NCBI GenBank assembly: GCA_964621445.1
Contig: CAZUNO010000005.1
Span: 89,338 to 153,337 of the forward strand
DNA from: Candidatus Hadarchaeota archaeon
Lineage (GTDB): Archaea > CAYQAE01 > CAYVLA01
Length of the DNA: 64,000 bases
Reading direction: 5' to 3'
The translations under genes were made by a program, and so were the position numbers. Positions 29,779-38,972 of the stretch are shown here, one piece after another. The notes beneath the pieces were generated by a model that did not search any database, was not told the origin of the DNA, and was given only the letters and a program-made list of their open reading frames with translations. The stretch's first letter is position 1; each line of letters starts with the position of its first letter.

Positions 29779-31561
29779 TCCTGTTCGGGGAAATGGCCTA
29801 AGCCTAGGGCTGCTCCTAATACTGATATTGGCCCTCTCGGCAACTACCAGGCTTTACTTTCTCACCACCTGGGATCAAATTCCCACCAGTGACCCTTATC
29901 ACTTCATCGGATGGACCTCGGGCGTTGACCAATCAAGTCATCTTGATTTCCCTGGATCCGAGGACAGGGCCTACGGACAATATCCGGACGGTTACCCAAT
30001 TCTACTTCAATTTCTCTCCACCACGGGCGATATCTCGCTGGTCCCCCTATCCAAGTTCCTTCCGGTCATCGTCGGATCGATGTGCACCCTGCCCGTCTTC
30101 CTCGTGTTCCGGAAATTGACGCGGAGGTCCCTCTATCAGCTCGCCGGGACGGTGATGGTGGTCTTCTCCCTGGCATTTCTCAAATACACATCGGTCTCGA
30201 TCCCCAATATGATGGGCCTCTATCTTTTCTGTCTCGCCGCATGGATTGCCCTCAGATTGGATAGGCAGGGAAAGAGGATGTTAGCCATGCTCGGCTTCTT
30301 GGTGCTAGCGGTATCACGCATTCATTACCTTTCCCTGGTCTGTATCGGGGTCCTCCTGGCCATAGTCATTTCCAGGAAGCTGATGGTCAGGGCATCCGGG
30401 CAGGAGTTCGACCCCCGACGTATGGCCTTTATTCTCATAGTGGCCCTTGTGGCGGGAATCTTGGCCTGGACCGCCGCGTACCGAGTGATGTACATGCTCT
30501 ACGGAATAGACATCACCAGCCAGCCGCCGGCCAGGTTGAGCCTGGTTCTAAGCTTCCTGGGCTATCCCTTGATATTCGGGGTTTTACAGATACTTTTCGT
30601 ACCCCTGGGCTTAATTCACCTGGCAAAGGACTATATCTCCAGGCACTTCACGAGCGAGGATGGAAATCTCAACCTCGATCCAGTTCTGATCTTGGCCCTG
30701 TTTTTGGTGTTCCTCCTATTTGCCTCTGGTTTCCTGAAGGTGGAGTACTACCCCTTTAGATTCAATTGCTTTCTGATCCTTCCCCTGGTCATGGTATCGA
30801 TCCTTGGCCTTCTGTTGGCCAGGGGGCTCTTGATGGATTCTCCGCTCCGTGCTTTTGCGTGGATGGTGATCCCCCTCACCGTTTTGATGGTCATCATTCA
30901 GCCCCTGGCGGCCTCGATCATTCCATTTGACGATGGAGAACCCTTCCTGCCCTGGGAACAGGAATACGGTGAAACCGAGATGCCGGCATTGAGAAGCTGG
31001 ATGGAGGAAAAGCTGCTTTGCACGGAGTTCAATCGGAGCGGTGGCCCTGAGTCTAAATCCCTTCCCCGCCGGGAGATGGTCATGGCCGATTGGGTTCGGT
31101 CAAGGGCCCTGAACGCCTTCGGGTTCGACAGCGTCCACATACACTGGTGGTTTTTCCAGGGTTGGTACGACCTCCAGAGGGAGCCCTTCAGGTATAGAAG
31201 CCTTGACATCTATGCCGGGAACTCAAGTCAAGCTCTGGATAGACTCGCCGGGCTTTACCTGAGGAAGGCCACCGGGAGCACCGGTGACTGGTATTATCAT
31301 TACAAGTACATATACACCAGCAAGTGGCTGGGCGAGGTCATGGTCAATGACTTCGGTCTACAGCCTAACTTCACCAAGTTCGACAACTATGATGGCTCGC
31401 TACTCTATGACTGGAGGCGTAGCTCTTCCCAGGGTGACAGGGTTATCGCCGAAAGCGAAAGGGCTCTTGGAGCACCTTACATGCTGCCACCATTCGACCG
31501 GCTTTACTCCTCACCAGGGGTCGGGATTTACCTATTCCCGGATTTGAAAAGGGTCATCTAG
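29753..31561 (+). CDS. Multi-pass membrane protein, GT-C-like
   Basis: SDPYH after TM1, YPDGY, ~11 TM helices, PFRF, soluble C-terminal domain; lies in the GT cluster. Confidence 0.55.
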   Translation: MRRIDMNINPVRGNGLSLGLLLILILALSATTRLYFLTTWDQIPTSDPYHFIGWTSGVDQSSHLDFPGSEDRAYGQYPDGYPILLQFLSTTGDISLVPLSKFLPVIVGSMCTLPVFLVFRKLTRRSLYQLAGTVMVVFSLAFLKYTSVSIPNMMGLYLFCLAAWIALRLDRQGKRMLAMLGFLVLAVSRIHYLSLVCIGVLLAIVISRKLMVRASGQEFDPRRMAFILIVALVAGILAWTAAYRVMYMLYGIDITSQPPARLSLVLSFLGYPLIFGVLQILFVPLGLIHLAKDYISRHFTSEDGNLNLDPVLILALFLVFLLFASGFLKVEYYPFRFNCFLILPLVMVSILGLLLARGLLMDSPLRAFAWMVIPLTVLMVIIQPLAASIIPFDDGEPFLPWEQEYGETEMPALRSWMEEKLLCTEFNRSGGPESKSLPRREMVMADWVRSRALNAFGFDSVHIHWWFFQGWYDLQREPFRYRSLDIYAGNSSQALDRLAGLYLRKATGSTGDWYYHYKYIYTSKWLGEVMVNDFGLQPNFTKFDNYDGSLLYDWRRSSSQGDRVIAESERALGAPYMLPPFDRLYSSPGVGIYLFPDLKRVI

Positions 31562-31565
31562 AAAC

Positions 31566-32558
31566 TTAACGGAGGTCCATAGCCAACAGTCCCTTAAACG
31601 CCCCCGTGATAAGGAAAAATACCGGTAATAAGAGATCCTTGAACCAGGAAAGCTCCACCACCTCTATCCTCCATAGTCGGACTCTCCCTCCCCCATTTTC
31701 CACCGAAGCCAGCAGCTTTCCGTCCTTTGAGAAGGCCATGTCATATGGATCGTCAAATCCCGCTTCTCCCGGCACGCCGCTAAATCCCCCCAGGTGATCC
31801 CCATTTGAGTTGAAGAAATATATCCTGTCGGCTCCAAAATCTGCGACCGCCACCATGCCATTTTCTGACACATCTATGCCCACTGGTCGGGTAAATCTAA
31901 GCCTGCTCTGTATATCCCATATGGTGGAGTTGAAGGAGAAATCGGGATTGAAAATTTGAACCCTCCTCACATATCCCTCGGGTTCCAGATATGCGTCAAC
32001 CACCAGAAGCCGGCCGTGGGAATCGAAGGACAGGTCCATAGGGCCATCGAAATCCCCTGCCTCGGTTCCCCATTGGCCGAATTCCTTTATGAAGCAGGGG
32101 CACGGTCCCAGGATCTGGATTCTCCTGTTCATGGAGTCGGCAACCGCAGTAAGACCACCCTTCACGTCTATCCCCCAGGGAACCCTAAACTCGGCTTCAC
32201 CCGAACCCTCCAAGCCCAGGGTTCCATATTCATCCAGCTCCGCGTCAAGGATCAGCACCCTGTGATTCCCTGTATCGGCTACCCAGATTCTGCCCTGATC
32301 ATCAATGTCAATGCCGCGTGGATGTCTCAGGCCCCCCGAATAGCTTGAATTCAATGAAAGGTCCTGATTGAGTATTATCACCCGGTCATTTCCGGTATCG
32401 GACACTACCCAGAGCCCATCCGGGTGATTGGTGATGCAGGTCGGTGAATTGAGAACGATTTCAGAGGTGGCAACCGGAACTAGGGTAAAATTCATCGTAC
32501 CTGAAACGGTGGCCAAAAACCCCAGTGATATCAGGGCCAAGAGCAGATATCTAGTCAT
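31566..32558 (-). CDS. Secreted NHL-repeat beta-propeller with C-terminal hydrophobic anchor
   Basis: Repeated P-x-G-I-D...V-A-D-T-G-N-x-R-V units; signal peptide. Confidence 0.88.
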   Translation of the reverse strand: MTRYLLLALISLGFLATVSGTMNFTLVPVATSEIVLNSPTCITNHPDGLWVVSDTGNDRVIILNQDLSLNSSYSGGLRHPRGIDIDDQGRIWVADTGNHRVLILDAELDEYGTLGLEGSGEAEFRVPWGIDVKGGLTAVADSMNRRIQILGPCPCFIKEFGQWGTEAGDFDGPMDLSFDSHGRLLVVDAYLEPEGYVRRVQIFNPDFSFNSTIWDIQSRLRFTRPVGIDVSENGMVAVADFGADRIYFFNSNGDHLGGFSGVPGEAGFDDPYDMAFSKDGKLLASVENGGGRVRLWRIEVVELSWFKDLLLPVFFLITGAFKGLLAMDLR

Positions 32559-34248
32559 CCTTACCCATCATCTCCCAAATTTCTCTCTGGGTGTTCCAGA
32601 TATCCTCTACCTGGAGCTGGTCCCCATTCTCAACCAGGGAAGAGGAGAAGGAATGAGGATAGCTCCACCAGAGCAAGGTGCTCACGGGGTATTTCCGAGC
32701 CACCTGGTAGTATAGAAGGGTCTCCTCTTGATTCGGCAGCAGTAGTGACCAGTCCCTCTCCACCTCCAGGTCGTCGACCCAGAGGGAGCCCGAACCCTCC
32801 AATGCGGTAAGTGTAACTCGATTGAAGGTCCCGGGAAGGACGGCGTTTGGCAATCGGGTTTGGATATCCCCATCAAAACGGAAAACCCATCTATTTGCAT
32901 CAACGTTCGCATCCAAGGTCAGGGTATGCCAGCGTCCGGGAGCCACATCGATGGAGCAGTTGACTATTTCCGCATCCCTCCCGGTGTGAACAAGTAGGTC
33001 ACGGCCCTGAATTCCCAGCCTTACCGGGGATGAGTTGGTATCTCCCAGGGTTATCCACACCGCGGGGGAGGATGAAGAGGTGATGAAACGGAATTTGACC
33101 CTAATGCTGTGAACCGTTGGGTAGGAAAATACGGCCGTGGAGATGCCATCGCCTCCCTCCAAGAGCAACGAGCGGTTCCCACGGTATTTTCTGGCCCCCG
33201 TTACCCCAGTACCCCCGCCGAACTCCCATTCCTCAGCAATTCCACCGTCCTCGAATCCCTCATCCAGGTATAGACGGGGGTCCCTGTTATCACTATCGAA
33301 GAACACATCCGCCCCGGGATCATATGCCTGGCCCACAACCACTACCGGTTTCCCGAATGACGAGGCCCAGGAAACATCACTCTCCACTATGGATTTATCC
33401 CCTGTATGCCTGAAATCATCGGGCTCTTCATCATGATAGGCATAGAAGTAGGGATCAACGCCGATTAAGTCCAATTTTTGGGGGAAATCGCCCACCCATT
33501 GATCGTATCTAATCAAACTCCCGTTCTTGGACCTGTATGAGTAGTTATTCCCCTGACGATGAAACATCACCAGAACCGGCTTGTCCCAGAAAACATCCCT
33601 GGCCGCATCCACCATGGAATCGAGCATTTCCTGGGTGACGTTGTTGGGACGGACCCATGGTTCATCGTATACATAGACCGCCATGATGTCCTCCCTGTAC
33701 CTTCGAAAGAGCTTCTCGTAGACCCGGAATTCCTCCATTAAGAGTTCCGTGGCCTCCGGGACCGAACAAGGCCTGGGATCAAGAAAATATACGTACTTGG
33801 ATATTCCATGAACTAGCAGTATCATCTTAAGGTCATTTTCACGACAGGATTCGAGGTATTCGGGATCATATAGATACCCCCGGGAATTGGTCACCGAGTG
33901 AGGGACCACAACTACATTTGACTGCTGACCGGCATTTTCCAGGTGTACCAGGTTCCTGCTCCAGTCCCTTCCCGATAGTTTTGGATCGGAAGCCAGATTT
34001 TCATAAAATTCCATTGAGATGAATCTATCATATACCTGAAAATAACCATGGTATTGAAGGCTGGTCTCGTTCCCGGTCAAATTATCTGAACTTCCCCTGG
34101 CCACCTGTTCCGAGGGCTCTAATAGCATACTGGGGAGGAGCAGTGCGATCAGGAAGAACGATATCGAGACGATGAAAACCACCAGCACTTCCTGCCGATC
34201 CATCGGGATGTCCTCCTTGAACTTCTTATCAAGGTCCATTATTATCAT
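32551..34248 (-). CDS. Membrane-anchored glycoside-hydrolase-like TIM barrel with inserted beta-sandwich
   Basis: YVYDEPW, DLIGVDPY and GKPVVVVGQA strands; LamG-like insert EGFEDG...GRWHTL...LWVDDL. Confidence 0.55.
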   Translation of the reverse strand: MIIMDLDKKFKEDIPMDRQEVLVVFIVSISFFLIALLLPSMLLEPSEQVARGSSDNLTGNETSLQYHGYFQVYDRFISMEFYENLASDPKLSGRDWSRNLVHLENAGQQSNVVVVPHSVTNSRGYLYDPEYLESCRENDLKMILLVHGISKYVYFLDPRPCSVPEATELLMEEFRVYEKLFRRYREDIMAVYVYDEPWVRPNNVTQEMLDSMVDAARDVFWDKPVLVMFHRQGNNYSYRSKNGSLIRYDQWVGDFPQKLDLIGVDPYFYAYHDEEPDDFRHTGDKSIVESDVSWASSFGKPVVVVGQAYDPGADVFFDSDNRDPRLYLDEGFEDGGIAEEWEFGGGTGVTGARKYRGNRSLLLEGGDGISTAVFSYPTVHSIRVKFRFITSSSSPAVWITLGDTNSSPVRLGIQGRDLLVHTGRDAEIVNCSIDVAPGRWHTLTLDANVDANRWVFRFDGDIQTRLPNAVLPGTFNRVTLTALEGSGSLWVDDLEVERDWSLLLPNQEETLLYYQVARKYPVSTLLWWSYPHSFSSSLVENGDQLQVEDIWNTQREIWEMMGKDD

Positions 34249-34327
34249 TTCCCATCATCAAACGGGCTTGATCGAAAACCGCTGCTAAGTATTTAAGAGG
34301 AAACCAACAATCGGGCCTGCAACGCTC

Positions 34328-35569
34328 ATGATCACCACCATCAAGCGTGCCGTCATCGTATACACCGGTACGGCGATAGCCAGTCTAGTCATGCTAGCGG
34401 CAAAGGTGTTCATCGATCGGGAGCTGGGTACGGCGGTCCTGGGCCAATATGAGCTGGGCCTATCGGTTATTCTGATGGTTTCCGTCTTCGCCATGTTCGG
34501 CTTTCACACCTCAATTGCAAGGACGGTTGCTAAAAAGGGGCTGGAGGCATACCCACTGGTCCGGAAGGCCTTCATTTGGGTGGCCGTCGTGTGCGGAATT
34601 GTCATCCTGCTTGCAAATCCCATAGTCAATAGGATTTACGAGGGCAAGGTCGACCCCAACTTCGTCCTGTATCTCTCCCTCTTCCTGTATGCGGTTTGCC
34701 TCCTTAACCTAAACATGGCCTTCTATCAGGGTAAACAGGAGATGGAAAAGGTCTCCAAGATCATGGCCCTGGACTCATTTGCCAGAGGAGCAGCGGTTCT
34801 CGTAGCCCTGAGACTGGCCTTCGATGCCCGCTCCCTGCTACTAATGATAGGGGTTTTCGCCCTGGTATTCGAACTTGTGGTCACCAGTAGGATACTCAAA
34901 AGGGTGGCCTCCGTGGTGGAGGAGACCATACCCTTTAGGGAGCTGGCCCATCTATCCTTCTTCATATTCCTAATCGCTGCCTCGGGCGCGGTCTCCACCA
35001 GGGTTAGCGCATTTGTAATTGCTTATAGCCTGGACTCCCTTAACCTGGGCTGGTTCGGACAGGCAACCCTATTCATACTCCCCCTCTCCCTGCTGGGAAA
35101 GACTATCGAAACCGTCCTCCTGCCCAGAGCTTCATCAAAGGAGGATTTCCAGCTCAGGAAATTTGCCGTGGTTGCCCTGGGAATGGCAATTTTCATGATA
35201 CTGGCCTACCAAGCGATGTCAGGGTTCCTGGTGGAATTCCTTTTTGGTCCCGGAAACGACCCGGCCATCAAGGCGCTCAATATCCTTTCCCTTGGATATG
35301 CCGCGATCATAGTTTATTCGGTCTTCTCCGGCTTCGTCTTCGGAAGGGCGCAAAGGGATTTCCTGGGAAAACTGGTCACCGTGACCTTTTTACAGGCCTT
35401 GATACTATCACCGACACTGAACGCTTACCTCGTGAATATGATGGGCCTTTCCGGTGCAGCCTGGGCTACCAGCATTTCCCTTATAGCTCAGGCAGGACTT
35501 TGGGTGACGGCAGGATTAATTCTAGAAAGAAGCGAGAATCTTCAGAAATCTAAAAAGATATCTTCTTGA
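34328..35569 (+). CDS. Polysaccharide flippase (Wzx/MOP family)
   Basis: About 12 TM helices, RELG...LGQY, GLSGAAWAT. Confidence 0.85.
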   Translation: MITTIKRAVIVYTGTAIASLVMLAAKVFIDRELGTAVLGQYELGLSVILMVSVFAMFGFHTSIARTVAKKGLEAYPLVRKAFIWVAVVCGIVILLANPIVNRIYEGKVDPNFVLYLSLFLYAVCLLNLNMAFYQGKQEMEKVSKIMALDSFARGAAVLVALRLAFDARSLLLMIGVFALVFELVVTSRILKRVASVVEETIPFRELAHLSFFIFLIAASGAVSTRVSAFVIAYSLDSLNLGWFGQATLFILPLSLLGKTIETVLLPRASSKEDFQLRKFAVVALGMAIFMILAYQAMSGFLVEFLFGPGNDPAIKALNILSLGYAAIIVYSVFSGFVFGRAQRDFLGKLVTVTFLQALILSPTLNAYLVNMMGLSGAAWATSISLIAQAGLWVTAGLILERSENLQKSKKISS

Positions 35570-35705
35570 CCTCGGTAAGTCCCTTCGCCTTTCTGTATGC
35601 GTCGCATTCCCGCTTATTGCAGTCGACGACATATTTCTTTGTCAGGATACAATAAGTTAGCTTTTGATATCCCTTCTCTCTCATATACTCGCAGGAGCGT
35701 ATCAT
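35550..35705 (-). CDS. Small Cys4 protein (51 aa, not in the ORF track)
   Basis: Manual translation MIRSCEYMREKGYQKLTYCILTKKYVVDCNKRECDAYRKAKGLTEVKKISF; upstream ggaagga and tttttaag on the minus strand. Confidence 0.55.
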   Translation of the reverse strand: MIRSCEYMREKGYQKLTYCILTKKYVVDCNKRECDAYRKAKGLTEVKKISF

Positions 35706-35788
35706 CTAGATCCTTCCCAGGCAATGGTTAAAGGAGCACAGTGACTTAAAAATGCCATCGGTTTTGGCCCCTGGAGAATAGGGGCAGG

Positions 35789-37810
35789 TTAGAGCCTGTA
35801 GCGGTGCCTACTCAGCAGTTCCTCTATCAGACCGGTATTCCATCCCCCGATGTCCTCCTGGATGCCAACCCGGCCTATCCGACCCCCCTTCCGAGAAATC
35901 CAGTCTACATGTTTGGATTGGCATGATGAGCATCGGGAATGAAGACCATCAACGATGCTTCCGCATTTCAGGCACAGGGAAAGGTCCTGGGTATATGTGA
36001 ATAATGGAACGCCGCTCTTCGCTATCCTAGCCGTCTCTCTCCAAAGGACCTCCCTAGGAGGCCTGCCAACCAGATTCACATTGAAAATTGCTCCTCCCGA
36101 AAGTAGGGAGCAAAGAGGCTGTTCGAAATTCAATCTTTCCTCAAGGCCGATTTCCGCTGAAGCCCTGATCTGAGCTCCTTGGGTGTAGTATACGGAGCCC
36201 TCGGAGGATTTGCCCTGCGCCACATACCTTGATCGGAATCTCTTCCCGTCTATCTGAGCCAGCCTGTTATTGGAATCGTATGAGGGGGACTGACAGATGT
36301 GAAAATCCGATTCACTTTCTGCCGAGAACTCCCTGGTTGTTTCTTTCATTCTTTCCAGGACCTTATTGGCAAAATCCCTAGCATTCCGGTTCTGGTGTAA
36401 TTCGGATTCGGTCATGATCTTAACGGCCTCGTTGAGTCCCAAAATGCCAATCATCATCCTCTGCTCGTCCAGTCTCAGGTATTTCGACCTCCCGAAACTC
36501 TGATCAGCAAAGCGTAATGAACCCTCATCCATTCGCATCGCCAGGACCTTCTTCTTCAGCGAAATCAGGTCCCGTACTAATTCCATTCTGGAAACCAGCA
36601 TCTCAAAGAACCTGCTCACATTTCCCTGGCTATCAAGGGCCACCCTGGGCAGATTTACGGTGGCTTCCTGAATTATACCCCCTCGAAAATCGGGGTAGTA
36701 ATCGCCCGTTCCCTCAACAATTAGACCGGGCTCCACGCAACAATTCAGAGACGAGATTCCATCAGCCATCCCGTTAAGGAACAGGGGGGAACCAAAGCGA
36801 GAGGCCAGACCACATGCCAGGAGGTATTCTTCCTCGGAATCCTTCATGAATTCTGGATCCAACTTTATCTCTATGGCCGGGAAGGGAAACGGCTTTCCCG
36901 TGTAGTCCCCTGAAAGGAGAACCTCTAAGAGCTGACGGAAGATTTTAACAGCTTCATCATGGTACTCCGAATATGTCTCCGGCCCGATCATGCCTCCCGG
37001 CTTTACGGCCTCCACATCTTCAAGGACCTCCGGGATTCCCGGAATCAATCCTACGGAGCTAAGTACCATCTGCCCACCTCTAGCCACATATTGCTGGCTC
37101 ATCTCGTATATGAACATCTGGCACAACTGCCTGATTTCGGTCCCGTTCTTTCCCTCAACATAAGGAGCCATGATCACATTGAAGTGATTGAAGGAGTGAC
37201 CTCCTGACCAGAAAACCTGGGAAGCGGCGAGGGCCTTGGCGGCATGAAAGATGGCAACCTCGGCGTGCTTGGCAGGCCCGGCCACCGCGGTATCCCTGCC
37301 CGAACCATCAACTCTCAATCCCTTTCTGAGAAAGAATCTAAGATCGTGGGCAAAGCAGTATGGCCGGGTTACGAAGTACTCCAGGTCGTGTATGTGTATC
37401 AGCCCTCTCCTGTGGGCATCGGCGATCTCGGGTGGGATAACGGCAGAAAGAGCGTAATGGCGTGCAATTACATCTCCCATGTGCTTGTGTATCGATTCCG
37501 GGTTGAAGGCAGTACTGCTATCCATTCGGTGCCCACTGGTCAGGATCCGGTTAACGTCGTAGATGGGGAGCCCTAGTCTCTGGTGGTAGGCTGCTAGGTC
37601 ATCGAAACCGTATTCCAGAAGCTTGGCATTTACCATTTCACGTATCATGGTAGTGGTAGGGGATACCCCTATCCGGCTCAGGTAGCTTTCGACCTCATCC
37701 GCGATCTTCTCGGCCACCCTAACCGGGGCATTGGCCTCGTTCACCAACGCATTAACGATCTTGCTCTTGCTGAAATCCTCAATGGTATCATGGGATGTTC
37801 TGACCTTCAA
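35789..37810 (-). CDS. Divergent class III (anaerobic) ribonucleotide reductase-like protein with ATP cone
   Basis: ATP-cone N-terminus, HIHDLEY, RPYC, NCC, TVNLPR, CxxC-CxxC; glycyl motif altered to SRKGGR. Confidence 0.85.
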   Translation of the reverse strand: MKVRTSHDTIEDFSKSKIVNALVNEANAPVRVAEKIADEVESYLSRIGVSPTTTMIREMVNAKLLEYGFDDLAAYHQRLGLPIYDVNRILTSGHRMDSSTAFNPESIHKHMGDVIARHYALSAVIPPEIADAHRRGLIHIHDLEYFVTRPYCFAHDLRFFLRKGLRVDGSGRDTAVAGPAKHAEVAIFHAAKALAASQVFWSGGHSFNHFNVIMAPYVEGKNGTEIRQLCQMFIYEMSQQYVARGGQMVLSSVGLIPGIPEVLEDVEAVKPGGMIGPETYSEYHDEAVKIFRQLLEVLLSGDYTGKPFPFPAIEIKLDPEFMKDSEEEYLLACGLASRFGSPLFLNGMADGISSLNCCVEPGLIVEGTGDYYPDFRGGIIQEATVNLPRVALDSQGNVSRFFEMLVSRMELVRDLISLKKKVLAMRMDEGSLRFADQSFGRSKYLRLDEQRMMIGILGLNEAVKIMTESELHQNRNARDFANKVLERMKETTREFSAESESDFHICQSPSYDSNNRLAQIDGKRFRSRYVAQGKSSEGSVYYTQGAQIRASAEIGLEERLNFEQPLCSLLSGGAIFNVNLVGRPPREVLWRETARIAKSGVPLFTYTQDLSLCLKCGSIVDGLHSRCSSCQSKHVDWISRKGGRIGRVGIQEDIGGWNTGLIEELLSRHRYRL

Positions 37811-37916
37811 CTAGGTTCCCCTGCTTACGATCATTTCGACATGCGCGGTAACGATTGTAAGTAACAATATATAAAAGACCCCCTTTATAAACTAAACGTG
37901 TCAACCAGGTGAAGTC

Positions 37917-38390
37917 ATGCTCTCCAGGGCCGATATCCAGCTCCTTCTTTCGCTTCGCGGATCCTTCAAGACCCGAAAGGAGCTGGACTCGGATAACCCG
38001 GTTCACCGGGACACACTCTCCAAATCCCTGCGCAGTATGGAGAAAATGGGATTTATCCTGAAGACACCCAGGGAGATGGATGGTAGGTATACGGCCGAGT
38101 TCAACCTCACCAGAAGGGGAAGGGATATCACCTCAAACCTGGAAAAGGCCCAACTTGACGAAATCCCGGAAACCGGTCTAACCGACCTCAGGTTGAGAAT
38201 CATGCGCTACTGCCTCCAGGGACGGAGGTTCGGCGAGGTACGTGAAGAACTGGATATAGCGGAACCAAACGTGGATCGTCATTTAAAGATCCTCCTCAAT
38301 ACCGGTCTTGTGGAGAAGAGCGATGATCTCTATCTAACCACCGATATTGGTCGAAGGCTGATCGAGTCCCTCGAGGAAGCCGGCGGGTAG
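37917..38390 (+). CDS. Tandem winged-helix transcription regulator
   Basis: Two wHTH repeats (TLSKSLRSMEKMGFI...LTRRG; VDRHLKILLNTGLV...TTDIG). Confidence 0.8.
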   Translation: MLSRADIQLLLSLRGSFKTRKELDSDNPVHRDTLSKSLRSMEKMGFILKTPREMDGRYTAEFNLTRRGRDITSNLEKAQLDEIPETGLTDLRLRIMRYCLQGRRFGEVREELDIAEPNVDRHLKILLNTGLVEKSDDLYLTTDIGRRLIESLEEAGG

Positions 38391-38972
38391 GTGATTGACT
38401 TGACGGATGAAATCAGATCATTCATCGCCGTTGATATTCCCGAGGGAATAGTGGCCAGCTTGAGACCCATTCGTTACGATCTATCCAGCCTAGCCCCCAA
38501 TCTTCGCATGGTGGATGAGGAGAATCTCCATTTCACCCTCAAGTTCCTGGGCAACATAGGAAGGGAAATGATCGGGACCATAGGGGGATGCATGAAATCA
38601 ACGCGATCCCTCCTCGGTTTCGACATCAAGGTAAGGGGTTTGGGAGCCTTTCCCAGCGCGGGCAGAGCCCGGGTAGTCTGGGCTGGAGTTTCCGAAGGAC
38701 GTGAAAAGATGATTAAACTTACCGAGGCCCTGGACTCAACTCTGTCCGGTCTCAAATTCAAAAAGGAAAAGGGGAATATCCCACATCTAACCGTTGCCAG
38801 GGCCGGTCGAGGTTCCCGGAGACCGGATCTATCCAAGTTCATAGAAGCCACCAGGGAACGGGAGATCGGTAATATGCACGTGGACAGCATTAAGCTGAAG
38901 AGATCAAAACTAACGCCTCAGGGTCCCATATACAATGACATTCTGGAGGTACAAGCGGGGGATTCAAACTGA
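38391..38972 (+). CDS. thpR: RNA 2',3'-cyclic phosphodiesterase (2H family)
   Basis: RSFIAVD, two HxT motifs (LHFTLKF, PHLTVAR), GPIY. Confidence 0.93.
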   Translation: MIDLTDEIRSFIAVDIPEGIVASLRPIRYDLSSLAPNLRMVDEENLHFTLKFLGNIGREMIGTIGGCMKSTRSLLGFDIKVRGLGAFPSAGRARVVWAGVSEGREKMIKLTEALDSTLSGLKFKKEKGNIPHLTVARAGRGSRRPDLSKFIEATREREIGNMHVDSIKLKRSKLTPQGPIYNDILEVQAGDSN

